A DNA stretch of 59,646 bases, filler included, from Sphacelaria rigidula (lineage: Eukaryota): the NCBI GenBank assembly GCA_964200075.2. It is 7 parts of 7 records of this genome, joined end to end, with 100 filler letters (N's around TTAATTAATTAA, not from the genome) between each part and the next. Parts side by side here need not be neighbours in the genome. Positions count along the whole stretch, not along the records: positions 42,680 to 51,113 come from CAXNAA020011139.1; positions 51,214 to 59,646 come from CAXNAA020011140.1; 5 more parts are not named here. One strand, given 5' to 3'. Position numbers and translations under genes: made by a program. This document shows, in pieces, positions 49,484 through 59,646 of this stretch. The notes beneath the pieces are model-generated. The model was not told the DNA's origin, did no database searches, and saw nothing but the letters and a program-made list of their open reading frames with translations. The stretch's first letter is position 1; the number at the start of each line of letters is the position of its first letter.

Positions 49484-49827
49484 ATGTCCTCCTATCTATT
49501 CTGGACGCCGGTCTACACCTTTCGGTATATGTGGGCGCACCAGCCGGGGTCACATAAGAAAAAGGTCAGCACAGGAGCTTTTTCTTTTTTATTTGCTTCT
49601 AGTACCCCACCTTCCTTCTGCGGCGCTTGCCTTTATTTTTCATCGCGAGAGGGGTTTAGCAGTCCCCGTCCCTCGTCGGCCGTTAAGTCGAATTTTGTGT
49701 ACCCACGACATAGTCGCTCTCCACTGTTGGGCATGAGAAAAAAATCTCAGATCGCTCCGAGAATTAAACCCACGACCCAACCGTCAGAAGGTTTCGAGGT
49801 TACCAACTGAGCCACCGGGGCGACCGG
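49484..49827 (-). mobile_element. tRNA-derived SINE family 1
   Basis: Reverse strand gccggtcgccccggtggctcagttggtaacc head and full body. Confidence 0.85.
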
Positions 49828-49959
49828 CGCATAGTATAACCTACTCACAAGTTCGTACGTTGGTTTTCGACGAGGGAGAGAGGGAGGAGGTACCCAAGAA
49901 TCTCGTGTGCCCCATACACACGTGGCTACTCATCAACGCAGATACGTCACTTGAAATAA

Positions 49960-50459
49960 CAGGCATGTCGATATCCCGGTCCCGGTTATTAGCGGATACA
50001 ACTTTCAGCGGTCGAATACATGGAAATTCCCGGATATTTTATTCCGTATCCGGGGCCCCATGATCAAGACGGGGGTATACCCCCCCTCGCGGGCTCCCTC
50101 ATCAGCGGCGCAGCAGAGCACACACGCGCACACACACACACACACACCACACCACACCACCCTCCACAGCACCACAGCAGACCAACGAAACACATACCAA
50201 CTGCATTCTAACGTGAAAGAGAGCAAAACCATAGACAGGCACTAGCAGTGACAGCCTACAGCGTACCAGTACAGCATACAGCGTACAAGGAAGCTGCTTC
50301 TAAACAGGAAACTATCAAAACCATACGTTATATAACACCCCGGGGACGGGACGTTTTCGTCCCCGATCACAGCGGATATTACCGGTCGGATACACCAAAA
50401 GCTGATTTGCGTATATTACCTGTCGAAAACGTGGAAAATCCCGGATATCGACATCCCTG
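49960..50459. mobile_element. hAT-type MITE
   Basis: caggcatgtcgatatcc...ggatatcgacatccctg; flanks tgaaataa/taaaataa (7 of 8 match). Confidence 0.8.
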
Positions 50460-50679
50460 TAAAATAATGTACGGAATCTAGACCCAAAGCGTTGTATTCA
50501 CGTCATAGTAGTCAGCATCAGAAGTTTTCAAAATTCGTAGTTGCTCGTTTTCTTTGTTTTTCTGGAGTACCGTTCTTCACTACCACTTGAAGGTCCTAGC
50601 GCAGGTAAATTTAGGGAGGAAGCGTAGCCCGCGCTCAAACTTCAGTGCTCAAGGTGGTGTTTTCGGGGCGATACGGACT

Positions 50680-51002
50680 TGATACCCGGTTTATCAGGAG
50701 GGTGTTATTGACCGTTTTTGGTCCAATATAAGCAGTTTCCCCGCTCTTCAGCGACGAAACGGTAAACATTCAAATAAATTAATACGTATAATATTCTTCA
50801 CAATAACGATCGAGATCGTGTTTCCGTCCTATACTGCACAGACCTCAGTCCAGCATTTTCTGCGGATGGCCTATTTTCGTTTTTTTTCTAAAATCGCCCA
50901 AATTGGTGTCGTGGGGACAATACCGGGTAAAGATCCCGTTTATCAGGAAAGTGTTATTGACCGTGAATCGTCCAAAGAACATAGTTTTACTACTCTAGCG
51001 CA
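50680..51002. repeat. Imperfect direct repeat, spacing about 250 bp
   Basis: gtttatcagga..gtgttattgaccgt....gtccaa occurs near 50688 and 50937. Confidence 0.6.
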
Positions 51003-51248
51003 GTGACTAGGTGGAATTTAAAAAAAAACTACCTTTTTTGAGTCTTCACTTAAATAATCCGGATCGAGTCGGTCCACCGAAAATACCGAAAAGCTAGAAC
51101 CTGGGGTCGTATTNNNNNNNNNNNNNNNNNNNNNNNNNNNNNNNNNNNNNNNNNNNNTTAATTAATTAANNNNNNNNNNNNNNNNNNNNNNNNNNNNNNN
51201 NNNNNNNNNNNNNTTTTTCTTTACAAACTTTTAAACCCCCCCCCCCTT

Positions 51249-51299
51249 CAAACGACTAAGGCAAGAAGCAACAAATGAGGACCCCCCCCCCCCCCCCCC
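51249..51299 (+). mobile_element. L-C retroposon 3' end between C runs
   Basis: tcaaacgactaaggcaagaagcaacaaatgagga followed by a long C run and preceded by a C run. Confidence 0.75.
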
Positions 51300-51590
51300 T
51301 TCCTCGGGACTAGTCCGCGGTCTCAAGGGATCAACCCATCTCTCGCCCTGTGCCATGTACGCCTTGCATTTAGCTCTCGCAGATTGGGTCATGACCATCA
51401 GCACTCCTGCACCGCGTCAACTCTCGTCGAACAAACTCAGCCAACTACTATTTTTGTCCACTCACGTACTCAAGATTTCGATGGGTGAACATCAGAAACT
51501 TTTAAAGAAAGCCAAGGCATCGGGAATCAAACCAACGTTTTCTCCACCCTAATGGTGACACTCGAAGCCTAGATCACCGGGCCGCTGCGA
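51300..51590 (-). mobile_element. tRNA-derived SINE family 2
   Basis: Reverse strand head ...caccattagggtggagaaaacgttggtttgattccc matches 22340-22380. Confidence 0.7.
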
Positions 51591-52168
51591 TCATTGACGT
51601 GGGAAGAACACGGAATCGATTCCCGGTAGTTGCATTTTCATTTCTTCACGAAGGGTACCATTCTTGTACAATAGTAGATTTGTATCCGACATCCGTCGGT
51701 GAACACGTCAGGACGTGAAATATAGCAGAAAAAAAACATATTTGTCGATGCGATGCAGGAGTAGTGCTGGTCCAACCCGCGACACCGAAATGACACACCC
51801 TGAATCAATTGTTGCAATAGACTTATACTTACCGCAGTAAATTTTTTGCCTACTCGTCTTGATCACACTTTGTCCAAGATGTGTAAAAGTGCAGGCGTGT
51901 ACAGTCACGGGGGAGGGGGGGGGGAGGTGGACGAGATGGCTTGCTCGATCCCTTGATACCACGATTCCCGTCACGACCCCATCTTGAGGAGGAGAAACGA
52001 TTGAAAGTGTGAAAGTGGAACGAAAAAAAACCGTTAGTGTGCTGTTGCCGCCGGTGGATCGCATGTCGACACACATACATGCACACACGCAGTCATGAAA
52101 ACGTGGGTTCCTAAAGCGTCAACCCGCACATTTTACAAAGAGCGCGCAATCCGCCCGGGTGCACTCAC

Positions 52169-52327
52169 AACTGGTCGAAGTAAATTTCGGTGCCGACGTG
52201 CTTGTAGCCAGGTGGAATTCGCGTGACTATGTCGTTGTTGTTGCGGCAGCGGAAGTACTTGTCGGCCATGCGGGTTCCGTGGTTCACGTGCTGGTCGAAA
52301 ATCTCCGCCAGCTTGCCGTTGAATACC
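52169..52327 (-). CDS. Class 3 lipase exon (catalytic Asp region)
   Basis: VFNGKLAEIFDQ...YFRCRNNNDIVTRIPPGYKHVGTEIYFDQ matches the lipase_3 R..N..DIV..P..Y.HVG.E motif. Confidence 0.92.
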
Positions 52328-52468
52328 CTACACAACGGATGTATCCGTAGATAGCATGCCCGACAACAACAACAACAACAGACGGAAAACATACAGGACG
52401 ACGACAGCGATGGACAAGGGAACATGGTGGCATGTATGTATCACGTAACGAGCAGCATCCAACAGAGG

Positions 52469-52717
52469 GATGCTACGGTAGGGGTGCACAAATATTTTCT
52501 AAGGTTAGAATTGTTAGGAGCCCTTTATCTCATGCCAACCACGGCTCATGAAATATGTGAGAGTATACCAGAATTACTGTTCCAATGTTCTAGGGACGTC
52601 CCGGGTAAATTTGCGCACGGGGGTGCCCTGAACCATTTTCTTTTGCATCTAGGGTCTTCAGGAACCCCTGAACCAGACAAACTTTTGTGCAAAAAGTCTA
52701 CCCCTGCCGTAGCATTG
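52469..52717. mobile_element. Probable MITE in lipase intron
   Basis: atgctacggtagggg...cccctgccgtagcat inverted ends. Confidence 0.5.
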
Positions 52718-53040
52718 CCCAACAATAGAATAACGACAGACACCGAAGGGAAGAAATGCTTAGCAGACTAGGCGACAACGCCTAGGTTATTATTGTTCGA
52801 TCAAAGAACTTGTTTTTGCAGCAGGCAGCAGGAAATGCCGGCGATATTAATAGAAGAGCAATAAGAGCGTCAACATGGACAGATGGAGCACTAGTGCAAC
52901 ACAAAAAGATAGCGACGAACGTCAAACACCAGACAAAACAGAGCAAAGTGGGCCCTAACTACGTGGTTGGTGCACCACCAGACGATTGCTCGTGTGCCAT
53001 TATCGTAAAATCGCACCCAGGATGAGACGCCTGAGCTCAC

Positions 53041-53249
53041 ATTGGGCTACCCATGGTGTAAAGGCCAGCTATCTCCATATCGTCCACAAATATCAGATGG
53101 GCGGTGGCAATGGTAGCCAGAGCGCCCCCAAGCGAGTGTCCCGCCACGTACAGCTTCCTCTTTTTCCCTTCCTCGTTGTACAGTTTGCGGATAGTGTTGT
53201 GCATCCCATTTTTGCCATCCCATACGGTCCGAACTCCGTCGTCGAACCC
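53041..53249 (-). CDS. Class 3 lipase exon (nucleophile elbow)
   Basis: GFDDGVRTVW...KLYVAGHSLGGALATIA...LYTMGSP; GHSLGG motif; aag acceptor, gtgagc donor. Confidence 0.95.
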
Positions 53250-53847
53250 CTTTTTTCGAGTATTCGGACAGCACGACAAATCAGGGGGGGGAGGGAGCAC
53301 GCGAAGGGTTGCAAAAACAATTGGAACATTTCAAAGAAGAGGAAAAAATAAAAGAGGGCCATTATGCGGAACACTTTCACCGCGACCACCTCATCGTGGT
53401 GCATCGCGTGGGTGTTTGGAAAGCGGCACAACTTGTTTTGCAAAATTCATCCCTGTACCATACACGCTATCGCAAGGTTGTATTTTCAGTTTACCTTTAG
53501 AACTGTAGTGCAAATTCCCGTTACCGCACCAGAAGATTTTCTCACCAAAATTTACGGTCGAACGAATACTTGGTGTCAGCGTTGACAATCACATCCAGAG
53601 CTTTGGGGGGGGCGACCGTCCTGGCTGCGCCCCTGCGTGCACAGCAGGCGTTTGTGCTCAAGTCGGCGCCGACTCGAGCTCTGGCGACTCATACGTTGCT
53701 CAGGAAGCTCTATGCATCCCCCCTCGCCCGAGGGTTCTCCATATGCCTTGAGTTGGGGTCAGGGTTAAGGAGAGCCTTAGGATTTGAAAAAAACAAATAT
53801 TTTCACGACTGTCGCTGGTTGGCAACCAACCCGCGTGAGCGCGCCTC

Positions 53848-53887
53848 TACGGTACCGTACGGTACCGTACCGTACCGTACCGTACCG
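53848..53887. repeat. (CGTAC)n-type simple repeat
   Basis: tacggtaccgtacggtaccgtaccgtaccgtaccgtaccg. Confidence 0.8.
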
Positions 53888-54763
53888 CCACGAATTTCCC
53901 ATATCTTGGCTTACTGTACCATGCTGAGGATCATGGATGCCGTACCGTACACAAACACCGCGAAACACCCATGCTTCAACAAACGAAGCCGCCAAGTACC
54001 TCTATACCCTCTCAAGTGTTTTCATGACATGTGCCTTGAAAACCTGGGTGAAAAAACGTGAGCAAAGAATGGAGGAGATGGACCCTGAATCAATGTATTT
54101 TCTGTTGACGATTTCGTTCATTCAGTCAGAGCTCGTGTAATGTGTCTGTGCACACGAAGAATCTTGTGCTTTGTTCGTTGCTGCTCCGTGATATCTGCTA
54201 ACTTTGTAAAGAGATCATAGGGTCTTCAATATCTTGTTGCTGGACTTTCGCATATCCGACGTATGTTTGTAGTTCGGAAAGTATCCACTAGATATCACCC
54301 GTGGAGTTACGGTGTATTTTGCCCTGCTCTCTATGCGGGCCACTAAGCTGTAGTTGGTCGTTCAAACACTACGTTTCCCCGTGTGGCGAGCTGGGTCCTG
54401 CAGCTTCTTACAGGGACATGCTTCCTCGAACATCAATACAGATGACATGATGTATTGAATATCATCCGCGTGGTTTCATAGTGGCTTTCTCGCGACTTCA
54501 TTCGCACACAGTCGTGCCACAAGAACAGACACAGGATAAAAGAAACAAAATACAAAATAAACAGCCGTCCTTGCACGTACATCTTTCGGATGAACCCAAC
54601 TTCGGCATCTCTTACCCCGGCGGCGGGATGATGCGATCTGCCGTACGTAATCGTATCTACTTCTGAGACAGGGGAAGTATCATGTTACCAGTCGCCGTCT
54701 TAAATAACACAGCTCAACCCGTACTATGATAAAACCTAGAGGCACCGCACAACTTGTACTGCA

Positions 54764-55013
54764 GACACTTTCTACGATAGCCCCTCCCGTAAAAATGATT
54801 GGTTTGGGAAGGTAAAATCTTCACGTGAATCGAACTGGAAAAAGCCGAGCACAACGAGCAGCTGAGAATTCCCACGCTTGGGTTCGTTCTCGCCAATGTC
54901 GCCCATATGAGGCGCTTCATGCAGCCTGAACTTGAACATCAGGTGCTGTATGTCCATTTTTTTCGTCACACTTTTGGACTGGTTTTTTTGGGGGGGGCGT
55001 CGTAGAAAGTGTC
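54764..55013. mobile_element. GACAC-ended MITE with 4-bp TSD (TGCA)
   Basis: gacactttctacgatagcccc...gggcgtcgtagaaagtgtc with tgca on both sides. Confidence 0.85.
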
Positions 55014-55283
55014 TGCAGCAATACGCGCAAGCAGAAAGTACCCGCACCGTGTAGTTATTTTCCAGCTACCATAACCGAGGACACAACAAAAAGATTTTCC
55101 ATAAAGCAAGAAGATATTCCATACTCGAAAATATATTTCAATCTCAAGCCATGTATGTGAAGCTTTTCATGCGCACTTGAATCAGCGTCGTAGCTGTCGA
55201 GACGATGGAGTTGCGACAGAAGCCAACAGCCGAGCGTTTCGAACACCAGGTTCAAGATTGTACCAGAAAACCACAAGACTCAC

Positions 55284-55487
55284 AGAGTGAACGCTCAAAC
55301 CGGCTGTATCAAGCCCCCACTCAATCGGCTCCGGCGTGGTGAGGAACTTGAGATTTGTGGCCCAATCCGGTCCTATTTCTTTGGTGCCTCGAAACACGGC
55401 GATAATCATGTCATCGTTCGCGGCTACCATCGCCTCCGTGTCCTCCATCTCATCCAGGAGAGAACGGGAGGACTGTGCTGGGTCCGC
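55284..55487 (-). CDS. Class 3 lipase exon (FRGT lid region)
   Basis: DTEAMVAANDDMIIAVFRGTKEIGPDWATNLKF...VHS; 68 codons, phase 0, joins VHS-GF. Confidence 0.92.
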
Positions 55488-55685
55488 CTGCGTGGCATAG
55501 TGCAGCACGGCAAGTATTTGGCGGATTGATCTGAAATTCACACCACGTAGATGACAAGCACATGTCTAAGGTACAGTATATGCCAGGTAGGGGCTTACGA
55601 TACTCTCGAAAAAAAAGGCGATATTGAAACTGCGCGCTTTACTTCCGTATGCCAAATCGCGGCGCGCACGGCATGCCTACATGAT

Positions 55686-56226
55686 CAGGGCTATACACGT
55701 TACACGTTCACGTTCACGTTCACGTTCACGTTCATCACGTAAAACAAATTAACGTTCACGTTACGTGATGTGTGCCACGTAAAAAATATATAACATTACG
55801 TTAACGTTACATTTGAAAAATTAATGTTACGTTCACGTTACGTTTCGGCCAAAACGTAAGGTGAACGTAACGTGTAACCCTATGGCATGTGTAACGTGTA
55901 TAGCCCTGACCATACATGTACACGTACACGTTCACGTTATGTTCATCACGTCAAAAAAAATAACGTTCACGGTACGTGACGTATGTCACGTAAAAAAAAT
56001 GAACGTGACGTTAAGGTTATATTTGAAAATTCAACGTTACGTTCACGTTACGTTATCGTTACATTTGAAACAGTGACGTAACGTTAACATCACGTTTGAA
56101 AATTAACGTTACGTTTACGTTGCGTTCATCACGTGAAAAAAAATTAACGTTCATGTTACGTTTCGGCCAAAACGTAACGTGAACGTAACGTGTAACGCTA
56201 TGGCACGTGTAACGTGTATAGCCCTG
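55686..56226. mobile_element. ACGT-rich hAT-type MITE with duplicated right end
   Basis: cagggctatacacgttacac TIR; right TIR gtgtaacgtgtatagccctg ends at both 55908 and 56226; outer flanks tacatgat/tatatgat (7 of 8 match). Confidence 0.82.
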
Positions 56227-56285
56227 TATATGATGATGTTTGTATCCATTGACGCACGTTTCAACACTGCCCCCCCCCCCCCGCC

Positions 56286-56308
56286 AAATGAGTACGCCCC
56301 CCCCCCCC
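56286..56308 (+). mobile_element. Minimal L-C tail between C runs
   Basis: C run-gccaaatgagtacg-C run. Confidence 0.65.
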
Positions 56309-56651
56309 ATACATCGGAACGACTTCCCAGCCTTGAGGGCAAAACCCAGCTCTCCCCCGTATACCTCGTGTTGCACTTCAAAGATATCGAGCAGCAGATC
56401 TCGACTCTTGCTGTCCGTCGGTTTTTGCCGAAAATCATATCGCTCAAGTCTCGTTCTCAAGTTTTTGAACGACGAGAGAGCTGAAGAGAAGTAGTGGTTC
56501 AAACCAATGAATTCTACTCAAATCGGCGCACAGTCATCATCCAGTCTGACCACCGGAGCGCGACGAGAAAACCGACCTGCAACAGGGCATTCACGCGAGG
56601 TACAATAGCAACGTGTGGATTCATTATTAATAAATAGCACTCTTAACACAC

Positions 56652-56819
56652 CTCGAACCAGTGGAAGTGATCGTAGCCTAGCCCGGCGCACGTGGTGTTT
56701 CCCTTGAGAAGACCTTCCGCCTCTGCCCTAGGCTTGTACACCATCTTGCTCACAGTTGCAAAGAAGAAGCCGTTTTGGAGCGAGAACCCCCTGCAATCCA
56801 GCTCTGCCTTTACAGCCAC
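56652..56819 (-). CDS. Class 3 lipase N-terminal exon
   Basis: tag|VAVKAELDCRGFSLQNGFFFATVSKMVYKPRAEAEGLLKGNTTCAGLGYDHFHWFE|gtgtgt; 56 codons, phase 0; S..VY helix typical of lipase_3 N-termini; frame not in the ORF track. Confidence 0.8.
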
Positions 56820-58200
56820 CTATGGTCATGATCGACCCGCACAAACACCGAAGTTGAGGAACCCGAGATTTTGCTGTTGACATCTGGCCCGAGACATAGC
56901 AGCCATCGTCAGGTTTCGTGAAACAGGGGTGGTTCAGCAGCGGACAATCTCCGAAATATACCCTCACGGCCTGACTTTTGTTTGGGAACTGATCGTCGTG
57001 GCTCAACCGAAAAAAACGAGTATCAAGGTTCCATCCTTGTGCACCGTAGTACCCGCAAACAGTAGGCTTCGGCAAGTCGGAAACGGCAACATTTCTGTCC
57101 CCAATAGTCTGTACCTGATTGAACGCAGATAAATCAACCTTAGCGTAGTGGGTAATGGAAAATAGGGTGTAGTCGGTGCGCCAGAGTCTCAAAAGAATGT
57201 GTTGAGCAAAACTCAAAGGAGTGAATGCCTGGCGAATTGGTTCATGTCTGTACTGCAGTCGGTCTCTGGCGATCGGTAACTAACAGAACGAATTTTTATT
57301 TCTATCCCTTAAATGTCGTCCATCTTCGTCCGTTCACCCTGAACAAATCGGAATGAGTCAGATACAGAATGTGCATGGTTGACCGCTTTTTTCAGGCACG
57401 CTCCCTGTCCCATTTGGCTCCTCTGTACACCCCCAAAAATGGTCATTTCACGTTCTACCGCACGGGGTGTTCTGAACTCTTCCAGATGTACAGTACACCC
57501 CTGGCACAGCGCTATCACCCGTCACCCGGGCACTCGCAGCTGACGCAGAAGCGGGTAGCATCCCATCCGGACAAGGGAGTCAATGGGGGAATGCCAGCGG
57601 TCGGTTTCTAACATGGGGTAGCGATAAATAGTATAGTTCAGGAAGCCGAACGCTGCAAAAGGGACAAATATAAAAAGGAAAAAGAGAAGAAGTGAGGGAT
57701 GGTCAAGTAAAATGGGAACGGTATTATTTTATTCGTCTCGTTGACCCCTGAGAAGTGGATTCTGCTCATCATTTCCTTCGCGTGCGGTGTGTGCATGTGT
57801 ATGCGGCACGAAGGTGGAGAAGTGCTCCGCGCGGTTGAAAGGTACAGACCGCCTCCATATTTAGTGCATGCTTTTTCACATGTTCGCTTTCCATTTGCAA
57901 GTTTGCCTGCTGAGGAATCTAACACGATATGCCAGATTCACCAGGGGAGCAAAATGGAGAATTACAGCGTACGGCGTAGGGGGATCTGACGTCCGTGGAT
58001 CGAAGCGAACCGTCATCACATGCAGCTGCGTAGCGGCCGGATTGAAGTAAAGTACGCTTCGGATGACTCATAGTCGGATACATCTGGTTGTCAAGTCGCT
58101 GGAGGAGAAGCGACAGCTGTCCTAATATTTGATTTCAGATAAAACTCGCAGTACAGTACAATATTAATCAGCGCTTTGAGTCAAGCAGCACAAGCAGCTT

Positions 58201-58566
58201 GCCGGTCGCCCCGGTGGCTCAGTTTGTAACCTCGAAACTTCTGACGGGTGGGTAATGGTTTCGGTTCTCGGAGCAATCTCGGATTTTTCCTCACATAGTG
58301 CCCGACCGTGGACAGCGACCACGTCGTGGGTACACAAAATCCGGCTTCATGGTCGACGAGAGAGAGGGACTCCTGAACCCTTCTCGCGATAAAGAGTACG
58401 GCAAGCACCGCGAAAGGAAGGTGGAGAATTAAAACGAAGCAAAAGGAATGAGAGAAAAAGAAACTCCTGTGTAGGCCTTCCTCCTGTGTGACCCCGGCTG
58501 GTGCTCCCACATACACCGGAAGGTGTAGACCGGCGTCCAGAATAGGTTGGATGGCAACGACAACAG
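58201..58566 (+). mobile_element. tRNA-derived SINE family 1
   Basis: gccggtcgccccggtggctcagtttgtaacc head and full body. Confidence 0.85.
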
Positions 58567-58832
58567 CATAAAGAGCGCTTTTTGTAACCACCCGGCGGGG
58601 GGTAACATGTCACACCGCCCGCTGTCGGACGGTGACTCAGGCTGTGTCATCATCTGACATGAGAGATCTGGTTCACGATCACGATCCGAGCGCTGGGGCT
58701 TGAAGTACTGCTGGGGGAAATATATACATTCGGAAATGATGTGAGCGTTTTTCACTCACACCGTCGAAGACTAAAATAGAACAGTATACAGATGGGCAGC
58801 GGGTATAGTCTAGCATCATAAATTTTGCATTA

Positions 58833-59093
58833 GAGTAATGCCGCGATAGACCCCCCACAAACCAACCCCAAAACTTTCCTAAGGGAATGTCCATATCGCT
58901 CATGAGAGGTGGTCTCAGCCTAATGAAGCTGCTCCTATGGGCGACATTGGCGAAAAGATCCCGAATGGGGGAATTCCCAGCTGCTCGGTGTGCTCGGCTT
59001 TCGTCACTTGAATTCAGGTGTATACTTTCCCGCCTAAAACCAGTCATTTTTCTGGGGGTGGGGGGGGGCAGGGGGGGTATCCCGGCATTAGTC
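58833..59093. mobile_element. MITE related to the GACAC family, with GAG/GAC termini
   Basis: gagtaatgccgcgata...tatcccggcattagtc; internal ggcgacattggcga...gggaattcccagctgctcg shared with 54764-55013; flanks atta/attc. Confidence 0.7.
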
Positions 59094-59598
59094 ATTCCAG
59101 CGTGTCAGCGCGTCTACTTTCCTACTTACAATGATGTTTCTTTCAGCAGGCCCATTCGCTTCAAGTCCTGCATTTCGGTTTTTTGAATGATTCGAAAATG
59201 CATGTATAGTTATATTTCCTCACGTGAGAACCCTGTACGGGCAGAACAAGCCACAGAATTCAATCGCGGTGTCCGTGACTGTAACGAGGACTCGAAGACG
59301 GTTCATCGGCTGGCGCTCGCACGCCCTGTACAAATACACTCCATGTACAGTGCACATGTCGAGATCTGGGGGATGCTGGAGCCACTCCTCGCACAAAGGA
59401 ATCATCAGTGAAATCCAACTGTCGCTATAAGCACCTTACTCCATCCGGATGCTCTTCCTACCATACCAACACAACACGACACACGCACTCACACCAGCCA
59501 ACAACGTTTTTCAGCAGCATGCAAGCCCGCTACGAGTGCATGGGATGGTGTACCACAACCGCAAAGCCCTTTGCTTAGTGCCCCCCCCCCCCGCCCCC

Positions 59599-59646
59599 CG
59601 TCTCGAAAGGGATGCGTGGTCAATGGTCAAATGACTAAGGCAAGCA
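59599..59646 (+). mobile_element. L-C retroposon 3' end, cut by window end
   Basis: cgtctcgaaagggatgcgtggtcaatggtcaaatgactaaggcaagca preceded by a C run. Confidence 0.8.

Noticed and set aside
56313..56480. Additional lipase exon (LERYDFRQK...GKSFR)
   Set aside because: Its splice phase is incompatible with the flanking phase-0 exons, which join cleanly without it

Overview
Eukaryotic, intron-rich, transposon-dense DNA; gene style and repeat content suggest a stramenopile, probably a brown alga (inference). The window is not one locus. It is seven contigs (8437, 8437, 8436, 8435, 8434, 8434 and 8433 bp, i.e. size-sorted) joined by 100-bp N spacers containing TTAATTAATTAA, so adjacency across gaps means nothing. 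Spliced host gene fragments read from the sequence: an ABCG/White-type transporter (3 exons, +), the FAT region of an ATR-like PIKK kinase (4 exons, -), Raptor (6 exons, +), a class 3 lipase (4 exons, -) and one orphan exon. Mobile DNA: decayed Ty1/copia and Ty3/gypsy elements back to back, further gypsy debris, a possible decayed KDZ-type transposase, two tRNA-derived SINE families, hAT-like (8-bp TSD), piggyBac-like (TTAA) and GAC/GAG-ended (4-bp TSD) MITEs. The most unusual signal is an abundant, variably 5'-truncated LINE-like family that ends in a conserved predicted RNA fold followed by a poly(C) rather than poly(A) tail, and sits in C/G runs.
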